From positions 7,006,001 to 7,070,000 of the forward strand of contig NW_025766002.1 in the NCBI RefSeq assembly GCF_003918875.1: a stretch of DNA of 64,000 nt, read 5' to 3'. A model generated the notes under the pieces. The model did no database searches and was not told where the DNA came from. It saw only the letters and a list, made by a program, of their open reading frames with translations. The stretch comes from Haliotis rubra. Its lineage: Eukaryota. Both the position numbers and the translations under genes were made by a program. Below are positions 12,550 to 26,007 of the stretch, piece after piece; the first letter of the stretch is position 1, and each line of letters begins with the position of its first letter.

Positions 12550-14460
12550 TCAGGATAACATTGTCATCTTGGTAATACTGACCATCTTGGTCACATTGTC
12601 AACTTGGTCACCTTAACCATCTTGGTCACATCATCAACTTGGTCACATTGTCAAATTGGTGATATTGTCATCAGGGTAACATTGTCATCTTGGTAATAAT
12701 GACCATCTTGGTCACATTGTAAACTTGGTGATATTGTCATCTTGGTCACATTGTTAAATTGGCCATATTGGTCAAATTGTCAACTTGTCACCTTAGCCAT
12801 ATTGGTCACATTGTTATATTGCCATGTTGGTCACATTGTCAACTTGTCACCTTAGCCATATTGGTCACATTGTTATATTGCCATGTTGGTCACATTGTCA
12901 ACTTGTCACCCTAGCCATATTGGTCACATTGTCATATGGTCACCTTAGCCATATTGGTCACATTGTCACCTTAGCAATATTGGTCACATTGTCATCTTGT
13001 CGCCTGAGCCACATTGGTCACATTGTTAACTTAGCCATATTGGCCACATTGTTAACTTGTCACCTTAGCCATATTGGTCACATTGTCAACTTGTCACCTT
13101 AGCCATATTGGTCACATCATCAACTTGGTCACATTGTCAAATTGGTGATATTGTCATCAGGGTAACATTGTCATCTTGGTAATAATGACCATCTTGGTCA
13201 CATTGTAAACTTGGTGATATTGTCATCTTGGTCACATTGTTAAATTGGCCATATTGACCACATTGTCAACTTGTCACCTTAGCCATATTGGTCACATTGT
13301 CAACTTGGTCACCTTAACCATCTTGGTCACATCATCAACTTGGTCACATTGTCAAATTGGTGATATTGTCATCAGGGTAACATTGTCATCTTGGTAATAA
13401 TGACCATCTTGGTCACATTGTAAACTTGGTGATATTGTCATCTTGGTCACATTGTTAAATTGGCCATATTGGTCACATTGTCAACTTGTCACCTTAGCCA
13501 TATTGGTCACATTGTTATATTGCCATGTTGGTCACATTGTCAACTTGTCACCTTAGCCATATTGGTCACATTGTTATATTGCCATGTTGGTCACATTGTC
13601 AACTTGTCACCCTAGCCATATTGGTCACATTGTCATATGGTCACCTTAGCCATATTGGTCACATTGTCACCTTAGCAATATTGGTCACATTGTCATCTTG
13701 TCGCCTGAGCCACATTGGTCACATTGTTAACTTAGCCATATTGGCCACATTGTCAACTTGTCACCTTAGCCATATTGGTCACATTGTCAACTTGTCACCT
13801 TGGCCATATTGGTCACATTGTCAACTTGTCACCTTAGCCATATTGGCCACATTGTCAACTTGTCACCTTAGCCATATTGGTCATATTGTCAACTTGTCAC
13901 CTTAGCCATATTGGCCACATTGTCAACTTGTCACCTTAGCCATATTGGTCACATTGTCAACTTGTCACCTTAGCCATATTGGCCACATTGTCAACTTGTC
14001 ACCTTAGCCATATTGGTCACATTGTCAACTTGTCACCTTAGCCACATTGTCAACTTGTCACCTTAGCCATATTGGTCACATTGTCAACTTGTCACCTTAG
14101 CCATATTGGTTACATTGTCAACTTGTCACCTTAGCCATATTGATCACATTGTCAACTTGTCACCTTAGCCATATTGGTTACATTGTCAACTCGTCACCTT
14201 AGTCATACTGGTCACATTGTCAACTTGTCGCCTTAGTCATTGGTCACATTGTCACATGATATATTCATCATCTTGACCTGTCTTAGTCTCTTTTGCAATC
14301 TTGGTCACCTTGGCTATCTTGCTCCCTTTAGACATGGTGGTCACATTGTCACCGTATCTGTCTTGACCACCTCACCCTTCATTGACATTGCAGTCTTTGT
14401 CACCTTTGCTATTTTTGTCACATTGACGTCTTTCTCTCCTGGCTATGTTGGCCACTTGAG
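12550..14460. repeat. 34-bp minisatellite (ttggtcacattgtcaacttgtcaccttagccata) with higher-order duplication
   Basis: The unit is built from four 8-9 bp subunits. A block recurs at +701 bp (ORFs with identical starts at 12824 and 13525). Edges are degenerate. Confidence 0.95.
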
Positions 14461-17400
14461 CACTATTCATATTCATATATTTTTGTCATATTCAACACAG
14501 GCATATACTAGTATACACACATACACAGTTATGTCCTGTTTTCAAACTGCTAGGACATAAGAATTAGATATTAAAAAATAGAAAAGAGCTAGTAGATATA
14601 CATATAGTCATATGTATGATTGACAACATATTGTACCAATTTAGGACAGTATCTGTGAGTGTTGGGACACGCGTCATTAGGCGAAAAATAACAACAATTT
14701 TGGGACATCCCTTTAGGGTGGGTCATTGGTATTGCACAAAATATTGTATATCAAATTTCCAATGTCAAATGAAGCAGATATTCATCCATGCTTGACAAGT
14801 GACACTGTATTAAAGAGCTGTATTAAATATGTCCAGTTGTGTTGGTATTCTTGACAGAAAAAGGGTTCCTCCATAATTGCTATTTTTTTCAATTAAAATA
14901 GCTTTTCAACCCACCTCAATTCTGACACACTAAAACATACCCAAGAAACATTAAATGTTTCATGAAGCCTTTGTCAATAAATTTCTGATATATACTGATT
15001 ATGATTATTTAATATCTTTGATTATCTTATGCATGATTTTGTTCAAGTCATGTATTGCAAATGATATCAACTATAACCTTTAGAAAAAGTCAATAATTAT
15101 CATAAAAGAATCATGTAGTTATCAACACCCAAAATATGTCTGGTTATCATTACATTTTATTCAAGATAACATTAAAGATTCTTATGAAAGTTTAAAGGTG
15201 CACATTGCTATTCATGATGGTAGTTATTTCTGCCCTGTATGGTACTACACTCCTGACAACCAGGAGTAAGGGACAGTGTGGGAAACAGAAATTTGTTGAG
15301 TAAGCAGTTCCCTCTTGGGGGGCTTGGTAAAAGGAGTGGTGGTGTTCTGGGTCTTTCCTGACATTGAAAGGAACAAAATTATGTTTAAAACCCCATAACC
15401 CATCCTTCATCAACTATTCCTCTGCAGTGTCCCCATGTTACAAGATTCCTCTATCACCCTTCCTCCTGTTAACAATCTTACAATAAATCTCCACACACAA
15501 AGCTGCTGATAACTTTGAATCATTATCATTGATAAAATCTATAAATTTATTGACTCAAAGAACATTTCATGTGTTAATTTTATTTGTGAAGCAATTTAAT
15601 TTTTTAAATGAAAGGATTGATAAAAGATAAGGTTTTTAACTTGGGAATCATTTTGTGCCAAAAATTAAGAAATAATATCATTCAGGTTTAAAGTGGGGTG
15701 CAGAATATTTATCTAAACTTCCTCAGACAATTATTGAAAAAAGTGACTAGAATGATGTTGTTTAGAAAATATCTTTTTTTTTTAATTTTTAACTTTAATA
15801 AATACTGTTGGTTACAACAATATGACAACTAAATGTGATCAGTATATAATATGAAAAAGCAAAAACAAACTTTGCGCACATTTTCATGCATCAATAACGA
15901 TAGTAAAAATCACAGTATTACCAAAATATGTAAATTTACAAGATATCACTTAACTCTTTCGCTGATAAACGAGAGATTGAGGAATTTAAAAGCATATTGT
16001 TTTATAGTACCAACCAAATGTTCGTGATTACATAACAGATTACTTTCAGAATAACTTGATTACTTAATTTCAGTCATAATTATGAAAACAACATCAATGT
16101 CATTATCATGATGCAACCTTTTCCTAAATGACAGTACATAATTGCAGAGCATAGAAATAATTAGAGAAAACTCCAATCAATATTGGCCCTCTGAAAGGCT
16201 TTGGTTAAATGTGTATTGTGATCTGTCATGCAGGAGAAAAGTACTACAAGCGTCATAACTTCGGCAAAGAGAGGGCTACTGTAGCGTAAATAGCAGGAAC
16301 TATGCCATGGTAAATCTACAATTCATTAATGACGTAAATGTCATGAACTCTGGACGTTATCAAAAGTTCCAGTATAATTTCTTCTCTTCTTATTTTCCAA
16401 AACGCAATATGTACTGACATCAAAATTTATTAATTCTTCATTACTCAAATATTAATTTTAACAACTTCAGTTTGAAAAGGTCAAATATGAAAGAAAACAA
16501 TATCAGAGTCATAATAACTTTAAATGCAAATTATATTCAATCGTCCTCCCAGCAAAGAAAGTATTTAATAAAACTTATTTTAGAATTTAAAGAACAGAAA
16601 GAGAATTGATTAAAAATACAGTTAAGAATATAAAAGTGATACAAATTTGTGGTTCACAATTTCATTAAAGATGTGACAAAATTGACAAAGTCTGACATAT
16701 TAGCTGCAAAACCATTAATTTTTCTTAATAACAATAAAAGAAAAGAGGTTGAAAAACCCAAACCTTCGTAATGCCACCCTTCTCTTAAGGGTTATTGCAT
16801 TGCAATGCCGCTTCAGAATGATTACAAAGTTAATAAAGCTTAAGCCTGAAACACAGGTGCATAAAAGCGTTTGAAATCTTCCCAACCAGGAAATAATTGC
16901 AAATCGGGGGAAATTTCTCGTCTCTATTTTCTCGAGCCGTCAGAAGATTAAAAAACATCATAACCCATAGTACCCAATAGCTAATAGGGCTTATAGGTCC
17001 TAATTAATTTAGCTCGATGGAGGACGCGCTATCCTTCGAATGTCCCCAGGGTATAAGAAATCTGAGGGCCTAATAACACTGCTGTCTGACATTGAAATGC
17101 GAGGATGGATTCTGTTGAAGATTAATGTAAATGGAGTATTATCGACTGGCCAAATCAATACCCACATTTAAATGCGGGTTTGGATGAGCGACAACTTCCT
17201 ACCGAGAAGCTCTTAGCAAAACATTACAATTTCGCGCATTTTGGCTGCAAGATGAGTCATAACGTGATGTCATTTTTTCCTAAAGTGACGCGGACCACGA
17301 CACTGAGGTCTCAGCAGGGAGGACACAAATCTATCGATCGTGACGTAATTAGACACCAGTTAAGATTTATCGAAAGCGTATGAAACATGACCAAACTACA

Positions 17401-19567
17401 GTGAAAGAAAAAGTCGAACTATTGGTTTCTGCTAGTTTGTCTGCTAAACCTGTCCGGACATTCCCAATGCGTTGTCGATCATTCAATATCCATATTTCAT
17501 GGGGAAATACTAGCCCTGGCTCAAGATCAATAGCCCCTTTTTCTGTGTGATAGTGTTAAATGTGAGTAGAGGAAAGGATTATTTGATAATGTGATAGTTC
17601 ATACATGCTTGGCTTTATACTGAAAACACACGGCACCAACTCTGAGCAGATGAAATGGGAACCCCCTCCCTTCCTGATGAAATTTCCCTTATTCTCACGA
17701 TCGGAAGCTGAATTGTGTGTGATACTGGTGTTTTGGAGCAAGCCCTTTCGGGGATCTTTCACTCGCCTGACACAGAGTTGATGGCTCAGCTTAGTGATTG
17801 TGATTAATCTAGTTCGTAATATGCTCTTTCACAACTGTAATAACATTGAAAGCGATTGATTTGGTTTCAAACTTGCTAAAAACGTTCAAATGCATTTTTA
17901 TATCAAAGGATTATTTTCATTGATAAAAGAATATTTGCTTTTTCAGAACATTTCTCAATATTTTAGTTTCAATTTCTTCGAAAAATATTTTAAAAGAAAA
18001 TAAATGTTTGAAACAATCTGAATTTTTTTAAGTATCTAGGTGAGAACTCATATTGCAAATGAATGAATAAATGCACTTTTCTTTTAATGTTTAAAAAAGA
18101 GTGTGTGAATGACATTATTAATGTTTTAGCAAGTGAGTGAGAAGGATAATAAGAGGGGGCAAGTGGATAGGTTACTCAGAATATAAGCAATGAGTGAGTG
18201 AGTGAGTGAGAACCATGATGAACCTTTATGTTATGCTGCTAGCCTTCTCCTCTAGGAAAGACAAACAGGAAGAAAGAATATTATGGAAAGAGGTCAGTAA
18301 GAGTTCCATTGAAAAAAGGATTATTTTAAATCCCTGTCATTTTAATTTGTCACATAGCTAATGTAAAAGATGTTTTTAACGTGTTAGAACTACATGTTTT
18401 TATGCATAAATGACTAAGTGATATTTCCTTATGCAAAGTAGGAGGAGAATGTGTTATTCCCGGACTGCCCATTAATCTCTGTTATCAAGCCTTATCAATA
18501 TTCAAGAGCTATGTTGACTGTCCCAGGAATGCATTGATATCTGCAGTTTCAAAAGTCCATTTACATTCTTGTATTTGATGGCTTGATAATAGGCCTCTAC
18601 AGATGACCAAAACTTGATAAAACCATCAAAGGGATTTTGACCATGGACATCAAGCCATCTGCTAGTAAAGGGAGACAACTGAAAAAAAATCAAACTTTTA
18701 AGATATCGCAGATGGTTAAGTGCACCGGTGTTGAATGTATTAGGTGATGATTTCATTTAGTGCTTGTTAATTAGCAGTGGTTGCATAAGAGGGTTGAACG
18801 ATTATAATAATTAAGAAATTGGTGACAACCGCAGTTTTCATTAACTGTGATCAGGGTTGTGGTTGGATTTGGGTTGAAGGTCAAGGTGACACTGGAGGTG
18901 TGTCATGTGTGCTTGTCAATGTCTGTCAAAGACAGTATTGATTCTGGGCATGCAGGTGTAGTTATCGGGCATTCGAACCTGGGGACATAATCAGGCACAC
19001 CCCACCCGTACCATCAATTACAGGAAAAACCTCCCACCTGAGGTTTAATTATTTCATTTGAAAGCCTCCTGCATAGAATCCTAGCTATGGCTCTTAAAGC
19101 CTGAATTAGGATAAGTCTTACTGCCACTTATTTCACTTTTGTAATTAGTGATTCAATTAACATGAAATAGATCCAACAGTTAAGATATTTAATATTTTTG
19201 ATGAGAGAGTTCACAGCAGGATCTCTGATTATCCTTCCATTTAGTCATTAATTTTGGAACTTTTTTTGTAATTATTAAGCAATTCCTTCTATCAAAGAAA
19301 ACACAAAAATGACTAATGCCATTAATTTTTGTAACAAACCCTTAAAAAGAGACTTTTAAGATAATGTTTGAAAATTAGATTAGACCAAAAAATTACAATC
19401 TGTATAAAAACGTTACTTGGCTGAAAATTGTTGCTGAAACATAGCATGCATGTCCATAACATAACTGTCCATATCAAATACAATACCACTGGATAACCAT
19501 TTTTCAGCTTATTTCATTTTTAGCTACCATTTGAACCAGGTGTATGCAATTTTGTACCTTCCATAGT

Positions 19568-21556
19568 AGTACTACATGTTTGGTCCATTGTCACATGGCT
19601 TACTACATGTTTGGTCCTATGTCACAAGGCTTAGTACATGTCTGGGCCTATGTCACACTGCTTACTACATGTCTAGGCCTATGTCACACTGCTTACTACA
19701 CATTTGGTCCTATGTCACAAGGCTTAGTACATGTCTGGGCCTATGTCACACTGCTTACTACATGTCTAGGCCTATGTCACACTGCTTACTACACATTTGG
19801 TCCTATGTCACAAGGCTTAGTACATGTCTGGGCCTATGTCACACTGCTTACTACATGTCTAGGACTATGTCACACTGCTTACTACATGTTTGGTCCTATG
19901 TCACACTACTTACTACATGTTTGGTCCTATGTCACACTACTTACTACATGTTTGGTCCTATGTCACATGGCTTACTACATGTCTGGGCCTATGTCACACT
20001 GCTTACTACATGTCTGGGCCTATGTCACATGACTTACTACATGTCTGGGCCTATGTCACACTGCTTACAACATGTCTGGGCCTATGTCACATGGCTTACT
20101 ACATGTCTGGGCCTATGTCACACTGCTTACTACATGTTGGGTCCTATGTCACATGGCTTACAACATGTTTGGTCCTATGTCACACTCCTTACTACATGTC
20201 TGGGCCTATGTCACATGGCTTAGTACATGTCTGGGCCTATGTCACATTGCTTACAACATGTCTGGGCCTATGTCACACTGCTTACAACATGTCTGAGCCT
20301 ATGTCACACTGCTTACTACATGTCTGGGCCTATGTCGAACTACTTAATACATGTTTGATACTATGTCACATGGCTTACTACATGTTTGGTCCTATGTCAC
20401 ACTACTTACTACATGTCTGGGCCTATGTGACACTGCTTACTACATGTCTGGGCCTATGTCACACTGCTTACTACATGTCTGGGCCTATGTCACATGGCTT
20501 ACTACATGTTGGGTCCTATGTCACACTGATTACTACATGTCTTGGCCTATGTCACATGGCTTACTACATGTTGGGTCCTATGTCACACTGATCACTACAT
20601 GTTGGGTCCTATGTCACACTGATTACTACATGTTTGGTCCTATGTCACACTGATTACTACATGTTTGGTTCTATGTCACACTACTTACTACATGTCTGGG
20701 CCTGTGTCACATGGCTTACTACATGTTGGGTCCTATGTCACATGGCTTACTATATGTTTGGTCCAATGTCACACTGCTTACTACATGTTTTGCCCTATGT
20801 CACATGGCTTACTACATGTTTGACACTATGTCACACTACTTACTACATGTTTGACACTATGTCACATGGCTTACTACATGTTTGACACTATGTCACACTG
20901 CCTACTACATGTTTGGCCCTATGTCACACTGCTTACTACATGTTTGACACTATGTCACACTACTTACTACATGTTTGACACTATGTCACACTACTTACTA
21001 CGTGTTTGACACTATGCCACACTGCTCACTACATGTTTGGCCCTATGCCACACTGCTTACTACATGTTTGACACTATGTCACACTACTTACTACATGTTT
21101 GACACTATGTCACACTACTTACTACGTGTTTGACACTATGCCACACTGCTCACTACATGTTTGACACTATGTCACACTACTTACTACATGTTTGGCCCTA
21201 TGTCACACTGCTTACTACATGTCTGGTCCTATGTCACACTGCTTACTACATGTCTGGGCCTATGTCACACTGCTTACTACATGTTTGACACTTTGTCACA
21301 CTACTTACTACATGTTTGACACTTTGTCACACTACTTACTGTTTGGCCCTATGTCACACTGCTTACTACATGTTTGACACTTTGTCACACTACTTACTAC
21401 ATGTTTGACACTTTGTCACACTACTTACTATGTTTGATCCTATGTCACACTGCTTACTTCATGTTTAGTCCTATGTCACACTACTTACTACATGTCTGGG
21501 CCTATGTGACACTGCTTTCTACATGTTTAGTCCTATGTCACACTCTTTATTACATC
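19568..21556. repeat. 31-bp minisatellite (cctatgtcacactgcttactacatgtctggg), ~64 units
   Basis: Period of 31 read directly; a 93-bp trimer is repeated near 19600-19870. Confidence 0.97.
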
Positions 21557-22417
21557 TAAGTTTTCATCCTTCCCCTTGAACCTTGTAGCATGTGCATGCA
21601 CATCTGTCTGTAGCTTAAATCTACCATAATCAGGTCCATCAAACACTCCACAGTCCAACTGACACACCCAACCTATCAGGCTCTAATGTCATTTGGTTCA
21701 CAAAGCAACAAAGCTGTGAAGGAAAAAACTTATCTTATTGGTATTACCAATTCACACTTTCGTGTGGAAAGTTATTTCCAAACCGCCTCAGCAACGCCCT
21801 GCAAATTGTGTCACGATGTGTCTAACTCTGTTACACAATGTACAAGCTGCAGCTGCATGCTTAAGTATCCGATCACATTGATTTTGGCCAATAACACTAT
21901 CATTTGAACATGTGTATGTCAAATCTGCCACCCTTGATTGATATATTCCATGTGATGATGATTGCAGTGTAGTACAAGTTATTGAGTGCAGTGAACTCCA
22001 TTACATCAAAGACATTGGTGGACAAAACTGATGAGAAATCTTTCCAATTCTGAAGATTATATTTCCCCTTATGAAGAATCTAAATGAAATGGTTGATAGC
22101 TACTTTGAATAAATATAATTAATGAAAAGATCACTAAAATCAATATTTAACTAGTTCACCAGTGGTGCTGGCCAAGTGCATGGGTAGAGTTTCTGCTTAT
22201 TGTACAAGAGTCTCAGAGCTTGATTCCCAACATCCATACTTTGAGTCATCAGTCATGGTGTTTCCTACCATATTTTAGAAAACCCATCCAAGGTAGTATA
22301 TGCTAAATGCATGAATTATTTGCACTAGCCATAAGCAATACATATAAAAGTATCATCCAAGATTAAGTCAAGTGGTGAGGGATGGGTGGGTGGATGAGTT
22401 GAATGGAATAAATGAAT

Positions 22418-22570
22418 AAGTGAGTGAGTGAGTTTATTTTTACGCCATTTTTAGCAATATTCCAGCAATATCATGGCGGGGGACACCAGGAATGGGCTTC
22501 AAACATTGTACCCACTTGTCAAATCATACCCGGATCTTTGGCATGACGATCAAACACTTTAACTACTGGG
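22418..22570 (-). mobile_element. SINE family A
   Basis: (gagt)n tail, then tttagcaatattccagcaatatcatggcgggggacaccaggaatgggcttc. Confidence 0.9.
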
Positions 22571-22702
22571 ATGGGTTAAACACCACTCTGAACAGTGTTC
22601 CAGTTACAACATGGTGAGCTTGATGGGGGGAGGAAAACCCAAAGCGATGCAGGTCTCAGAGATTTGGTAAACTCCATGAGCACGACATGCCGGCAACTCA
22701 AG

Positions 22703-22953
22703 AGTGAGAGCGTGAGTGAGTGTAGTTTTACACCGCACTCAGCAATACTTCAGCTATATGGCGACAGTCTGTAACTAAGCGAGTCTGGACCAGACAATCC
22801 AGTGATCAACAGCATGAGCATCGACCTGCGCAATTGCGAACCGATGACATGTGTCAACCAAGCCAGCAAGCCTGACCACCCGATCCCGTTAGTCGCCTCT
22901 TATGACAAGAATGGGTTACTGAAGGTTCACGCTAGCCCGTACCTTCACGGGTC
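22703..22953 (-). mobile_element. SINE family B, full length, variant head
   Basis: Diverged 12-bp TSD cggcaactcaag (22691-22702) / cgacagctcaag (22954-22965). 5' end gacccgtgaagg. Confidence 0.92.
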
Positions 22954-24044
22954 CGACAGCTCAAGCAACACAACACGCTTTAACCACTAGGATAATCTGG
23001 GACTTGAACCCACAATCATAGTTTGGTTTCCTGCCCAAGGGAAGAAACTGCACAGCAAATTGGTCTGCCATTGACGACCTGCATGCCCAAACTGTGTAAA
23101 GCTTGGTGGGATGGAGATGGGAAGGGTGTTTATTGCACTAATTACGGTATTCCCAATATTCAACCAATGCATTAATGTGTCAATCAGCTGTACTCACACA
23201 TACACTCTTTCCCACAGGGCATATATGTTGCGTGTAATGTCTAAAAGATAGCTTCGATTTACGAGCCTTGTAAGATCTGTTTTGTTATTTAATGCATGTA
23301 CACAACATAAAAGTATGTTAATAAAAACTCAAAATATGAAAATCAATTTGCAAAGTAATAAAACCACATAAGTGCACTCATCGCCATTATATTGCATTAC
23401 CATGGCTGAACTATCTACTGATTGACTGATCACTTCACTGATTGGAAACTTGACTGGTTAACTTACACACCCTGTGATCAATTTCACCACTGATTAGGCA
23501 GTTCAGTGATCAGAAAGTATAGTTTTCTGATTGATTAGATGGCCCAGTGATCAGAAACAGATCTCAATCTAATCTCAACCCAAAGACTGACTTTACTTTG
23601 TACATAGACAAGCAGATTTATTCCTACAAAAGGATGTTCGTTTCAAACATGGGGATCTATTTCCTAGTCAATTGCATGTCAGTACCTCTTTCATATAAAG
23701 ATGTGTAGGTAAGTGTAACTGTGTTATCTATTGATAGATCAAAGTAGGAAATGTATAGCAAATCCATTCACTCTGATACAGCGATCACATTCTTTCATCT
23801 CACATTGGCTTTAGCTTTGCATCAGCAATCAGCTGGAAGTGAATCTTTGCCCAGGTAAATCAAACTGTCAGTGTTCAGTCAGAAGATGCTATACATGCAA
23901 CGTAGCTTAGATTGAAATTGACAAAGAGAATTGCATGGAAACATCATCTCGGCTGTGTCAGTTCAGATGTTCTCTACCGACACCAAGCCTCTTACCCTAT
24001 TGAAGACTGTAATGTCAGTACATATTGTTATCTATTGATTGATT

Positions 24045-25200
24045 GGGAGAGTGAGTGAGTGAGAGAGAGAGAGAAAGAGAGTAAGTCATGTTTCTTATGA
24101 TTTATTGAATGATAGAGAGAGAGAGAAAGAGATGTTTCTTATTATGAAGGACATATAAAATTGGTTGTCACCATCAGAGAGGGAGAGTGAGTGAGTGAGA
24201 GAGAAAGTCATGTTTCTTATGATTTATTGAATGATAGAGAGAGAGAGAAAGAGAGATGTTTCTTATTATGAAGGACATATAAAATTGGTTGTCACCATCA
24301 GAGAGGGAGAGTGAGTGAGTGAGTGAGAGAGAAAGTCATGTTTCTTATGATTTATTGAATGATAGAGAGAGAGAGAAAGAGATGTTTCTTATTATGAAGG
24401 ACATATAAAATTGGTTGTCACCATCAGAGAGGGAGAGTGAGTGAGTGAGAGAGAAAGTCATGTTTCTTATGATTTATTGAATGATAGAGAGAGAGAGAAA
24501 GATGTTTCTTATTATGAAGGACATATAAAATTGGTTGTCACCATCAGAGAGGGAGAGTGAGTGAGTGAGTGAGTGAGTGAGAGAGAAAGTCATGTTTCTT
24601 ATGATTTATTGAATGATAGAGAGAGAGAGAAAGAGATGTTTCTTATTATGAAGGACATATAAAATTGGTTGTCACCATCAGAGAGGGAGAGTGAGTGAGT
24701 GAGTGAGAGAGAAAGTCATGTTTCTTATGATTTATTGAATGATAGAGAGAGAGAGAAAGATGTTTCTTATTATGAAGGACATATAAAATTGGTTGTCACC
24801 ATCAGAGAGGAGAGTGAGTGAGTGAGTGAGTGAGAGAGAAAGTCATGTTTCTTATGATTTATTGAATGATAGAGAGAGAGAGAGATGTTTCTTATTATGA
24901 AGGACATATAAAATTGGTTGTCACCATCAGAGAGGGAGAGTGAGTGAGTGAGTGAGTGAGAGAGAAAGTCATGTTTCTTATGATTTATTGAATGATAGAG
25001 AGAGAGAGAAAGAGATGTTTCTTATTATGAAGGACATATAAAATTGGTTGTCACCATCAGAGAGGGAGAGTGAGTGAGTGAGTGAGTGAGAGAGAAAGTC
25101 ATGTTTCTTATGATTTATTGAATGATAGAGAGAGAGAGAAAGAGATGTTTCTTATCATGAAGGACATATAAAATTGGTTGTTGTCACCATCAGAGAGGGG
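24045..25200. repeat. ~120-130-bp tandem repeat (9 units) with internal (GAGT)n and (GA)n tracts
   Basis: The block ...gaaggacatataaaattggttgtcaccatcagagaggg recurs nine times. Confidence 0.95.
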
Positions 25201-25358
25201 CGTGTGAGTTTATTTTTTTCTGCCACTTTTATCAGTATTTGATATCCATATTGTCATGTCAACTTGTGTTCTAGTGATGCAGATCTCAGATGTATACCAT
25301 TTTGGTGCAACCCGAGAGCACAAGCGAACACTTTAACCATGAGGCGCCTCACCATCCC
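25200..25358 (-). mobile_element. SINE family A, degenerate
   Basis: gtgagtttatttt...gccacttttatcagtatt...caagcgaacactttaaccat. Confidence 0.6.
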
Positions 25359-25498
25359 TCGTTTATCTGATGAAGAAGCACATGAAGATAGTAGTATCTA
25401 GTCTGTAGCACATTTTTTTTTCCATGGTTGAAATTTTAAGTCTCTTCCTCACTGGAAATTCCTGGGAAGACACTGTAGATATGATGTCATTTTTGCTA

Positions 25499-25737
25499 TG
25501 AGTGAGTGAGTGAGTTTAGTTTTACACCACACTCAGCAATATTACAGCAGAGACCATATAATAGATAATATTATATGGTCTCTGATTACAGCTATTTGGT
25601 GGTAGTCATCAAATAATTGAGTCTGGACCAGACAATCCAGTGATCAACAACATGAGCATTGATATACGCAATTGGGATGCGATGACATGTGTCAACCAAG
25701 TCAGCGAGTCTGACCACCCCATCCTGTTAGTTGTCTC
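25499..25737 (-). mobile_element. SINE family B, 5'-truncated, interrupted by a 37-bp palindrome
   Basis: (gagt)n tail; body gagtctggaccagacaatccagtgatcaacaacatgagcattgat. Confidence 0.9.
25548..25584. mobile_element. 37-bp mini-MITE (15-bp perfect TIRs, 7-bp TSD)
   Basis: attacag | cagagaccatataat-agataat-attatatggtctctg | attacag. Confidence 0.85.
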
Positions 25738-25837
25738 AACAAACCTGGACACAATTCCAGGGTAGATGTGTCATTGTGGACAGGGTTTTGTCACATTTAT
25801 TTGTATAATTTCCAGCACTGTTCTAGCTGTATGCCAG

Positions 25838-26000
25838 GGTGGCCTGGTAGCCCAGTGGTTAAAGCGTTCGCTCATCACACCAAAGGCCTGGGTTCGATTT
25901 CCCACATGGGAACAATGAATGAAGCCCATTTCTGGTGTCCTCACCATGATATTGCTGGAATATTACTAAAAGAGGCTTAAAACCCAACTCACTCACTCAC
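25838..26000 (+). mobile_element. SINE family A
   Basis: ggtagcccagtggttaaagcgttcgctcatcac...ggttcgatttcccacatggg...(actc)n. TSD agctgtatgccag; the right copy is split by the adjacent transposon. Confidence 0.92.
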
Positions 26001-26007
26001 AAGCTGT

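Noticed and set aside
12824-14560. Repetitive hydrophobic ORFs
   Set aside because: Artefact of the 34-bp array.
19544-21559. Multiple overlapping Cys/His/Tyr-rich ORFs
   Set aside because: Artefact of the 31-bp array; the same peptide appears in all three frames.
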